Positions 31,029 to 32,000 of a stretch of 32,000 nucleotides of DNA are shown here, one piece after another; position 1 is the first letter of the stretch, and each line of letters begins with the position of its first letter. Made by a program: the position numbers and the translations under genes. A model generated the notes under the pieces. It saw only the letters and a list, made by a program, of their open reading frames with translations, was not told where the DNA came from and did no database searches. This DNA is from Bacillus subtilis subsp. subtilis str. 168 (GTDB lineage: Bacteria; Bacillota; Bacilli; Bacillales; Bacillaceae), in contig NC_000964.3 of NCBI RefSeq assembly GCF_000009045.1, positions 4,050,001-4,082,000 on the forward strand. The letters are read 5' to 3'.

Positions 31029-32000
31029 TTATGACTGTGCTTCAATAAGCTGTTCGATTTCTTCCGCAGTCGGCATCGCTTCTGACGAACTGTGCTTGCT
31101 CACCACAATGGAGGCTGAAGCACTGCCGTATTTCAATGCCGTTTCAATGTCTTTTCCGCTGACAAGGCCATAGATAAAGGCTGACGCATAGGAGTCACCG
31201 GCCCCAAAGGTTTTCAGCACTTTTGTCTTGTACGCTTGAGCGCGGAATACCTCGCCGGATTTGCTGTATGCGTAAGAGCCTTCGACGCCGTGTTTGATGA
31301 CAACGAGGTCGGCTGAATGGCCAAATAAATGATTGACGGATTCTTCATTGCTTCCGCCTGTGCGGTTTTCCATCACATCAAATTCATCGCGTGTGCCGAT
31401 GACGATATCAGACTGCTCGGCAACCAAAGAATAATAAACGGCTGTTTCATCTGATGACTGCCACGTATATGGCCGGTAATCCAGTTCGAATACCACCTTA
31501 ACCTGATGCTTTTTCGCGTATTGAACAGCTTTTAACACCGCTTCCCGTGACGGGCTTTTGGCGAGCGCTGTCCCGGAGACAAGCAGCATTTTCGCATTTG
31601 CGATATAGTCCTCACTTACCTCTGAAGGCTCAAGATAAAGATCCGCCACATCATCGCGATACATTAAGATGCTGCATTCTTCAGGGCTGAGGATTTCTGT
31701 AAATGCAAGGCCTGCTTTGTGTCCATCTTGATCAACAATCATCTGTGTAGTATCCACGCCGGTCTTTCTCATATAGGACTCTATGAATCTTCCATGCTGG
31801 TCATCCGGAATTTTGCCGATGAAGCCCGCTTTTAAGCCAAGCTTCGCGCTGCCGATCGCGATATTCGCAGGTGAACCGCCGACATATTTCGAAAATGTCA
31901 TCGTTTCTTCCATTGGGCGGTTGTATTCGACTGCGTTCAGATCAATACATGCCCGGCCGATGGCAACAATATCAAAAGCCTTCTCTTCATTGAATGTATA
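31029..32000 (-). CDS. iolC: 5-dehydro-2-deoxygluconokinase, missing only the first two codons at the right edge
   Basis: Reverse-strand reading from 32000: [50 protein letters not shown]... to stop at 31029. PfkB motifs [16 protein letters not shown] and [17 protein letters not shown]. The ORF track starts at an internal Met (31913). Confidence 0.96.
   Translation of the reverse strand, partial: YTFNEEKAFDIVAIGRACIDLNAVEYNRPMEETMTFSKYVGGSPANIAIGSAKLGLKAGFIGKIPDDQHGRFIESYMRKTGVDTTQMIVDQDGHKAGLAFTEILSPEECSILMYRDDVADLYLEPSEVSEDYIANAKMLLVSGTALAKSPSREAVLKAVQYAKKHQVKVVFELDYRPYTWQSSDETAVYYSLVAEQSDIVIGTRDEFDVMENRTGGSNEESVNHLFGHSADLVVIKHGVEGSYAYSKSGEVFRAQAYKTKVLKTFGAGDSYASAFIYGLVSGKDIETALKYGSASASIVVSKHSSSEAMPTAEEIEQLIEAQS

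Overview
The window is an ordinary, densely packed stretch of core chromosome from Bacillus subtilis or a very close relative. I recognised this from gene order and protein sequences recalled from knowledge; no database search was run. From left to right, all minus strand unless marked (+): the 5' end of pdp, nupC, dra/deoC, deoR; yxxB, yxeR; the yxeQ-P-O-N-M-L-K sulfur-scavenging/S-(2-succino)cysteine operon; yxeI, yxeH, yxeG, yxeF; yxeE(+), yxeD(+); yxeC; yxeB(+, siderophore-binding lipoprotein behind a strong Fur box); yxeA-yxdM-yxdL and yxdK-yxdJ (Bce-like ABC transporter plus two-component system); and the 3' part of the myo-inositol operon (iolJ-I-H-G-F-E-D-C, with iolC truncated by two codons at the window edge). 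Several intrinsic terminators and three credible regulator sites (DeoR, Fur, YxdJ/BceR-like) are visible. I found no rRNA, tRNA, CRISPR array, IS element, prophage or phage-defence system, and nothing I could honestly call a new system. The most useful follow-ups are an unexplained perfect inverted repeat in the 400-bp yxeK-yxeI gap, a hairpin between the YxdJ-type box and yxdL, the orphan EutH-like transporter yxeR, and poorly characterised proteins (YxxB, YxeI, YxeD).
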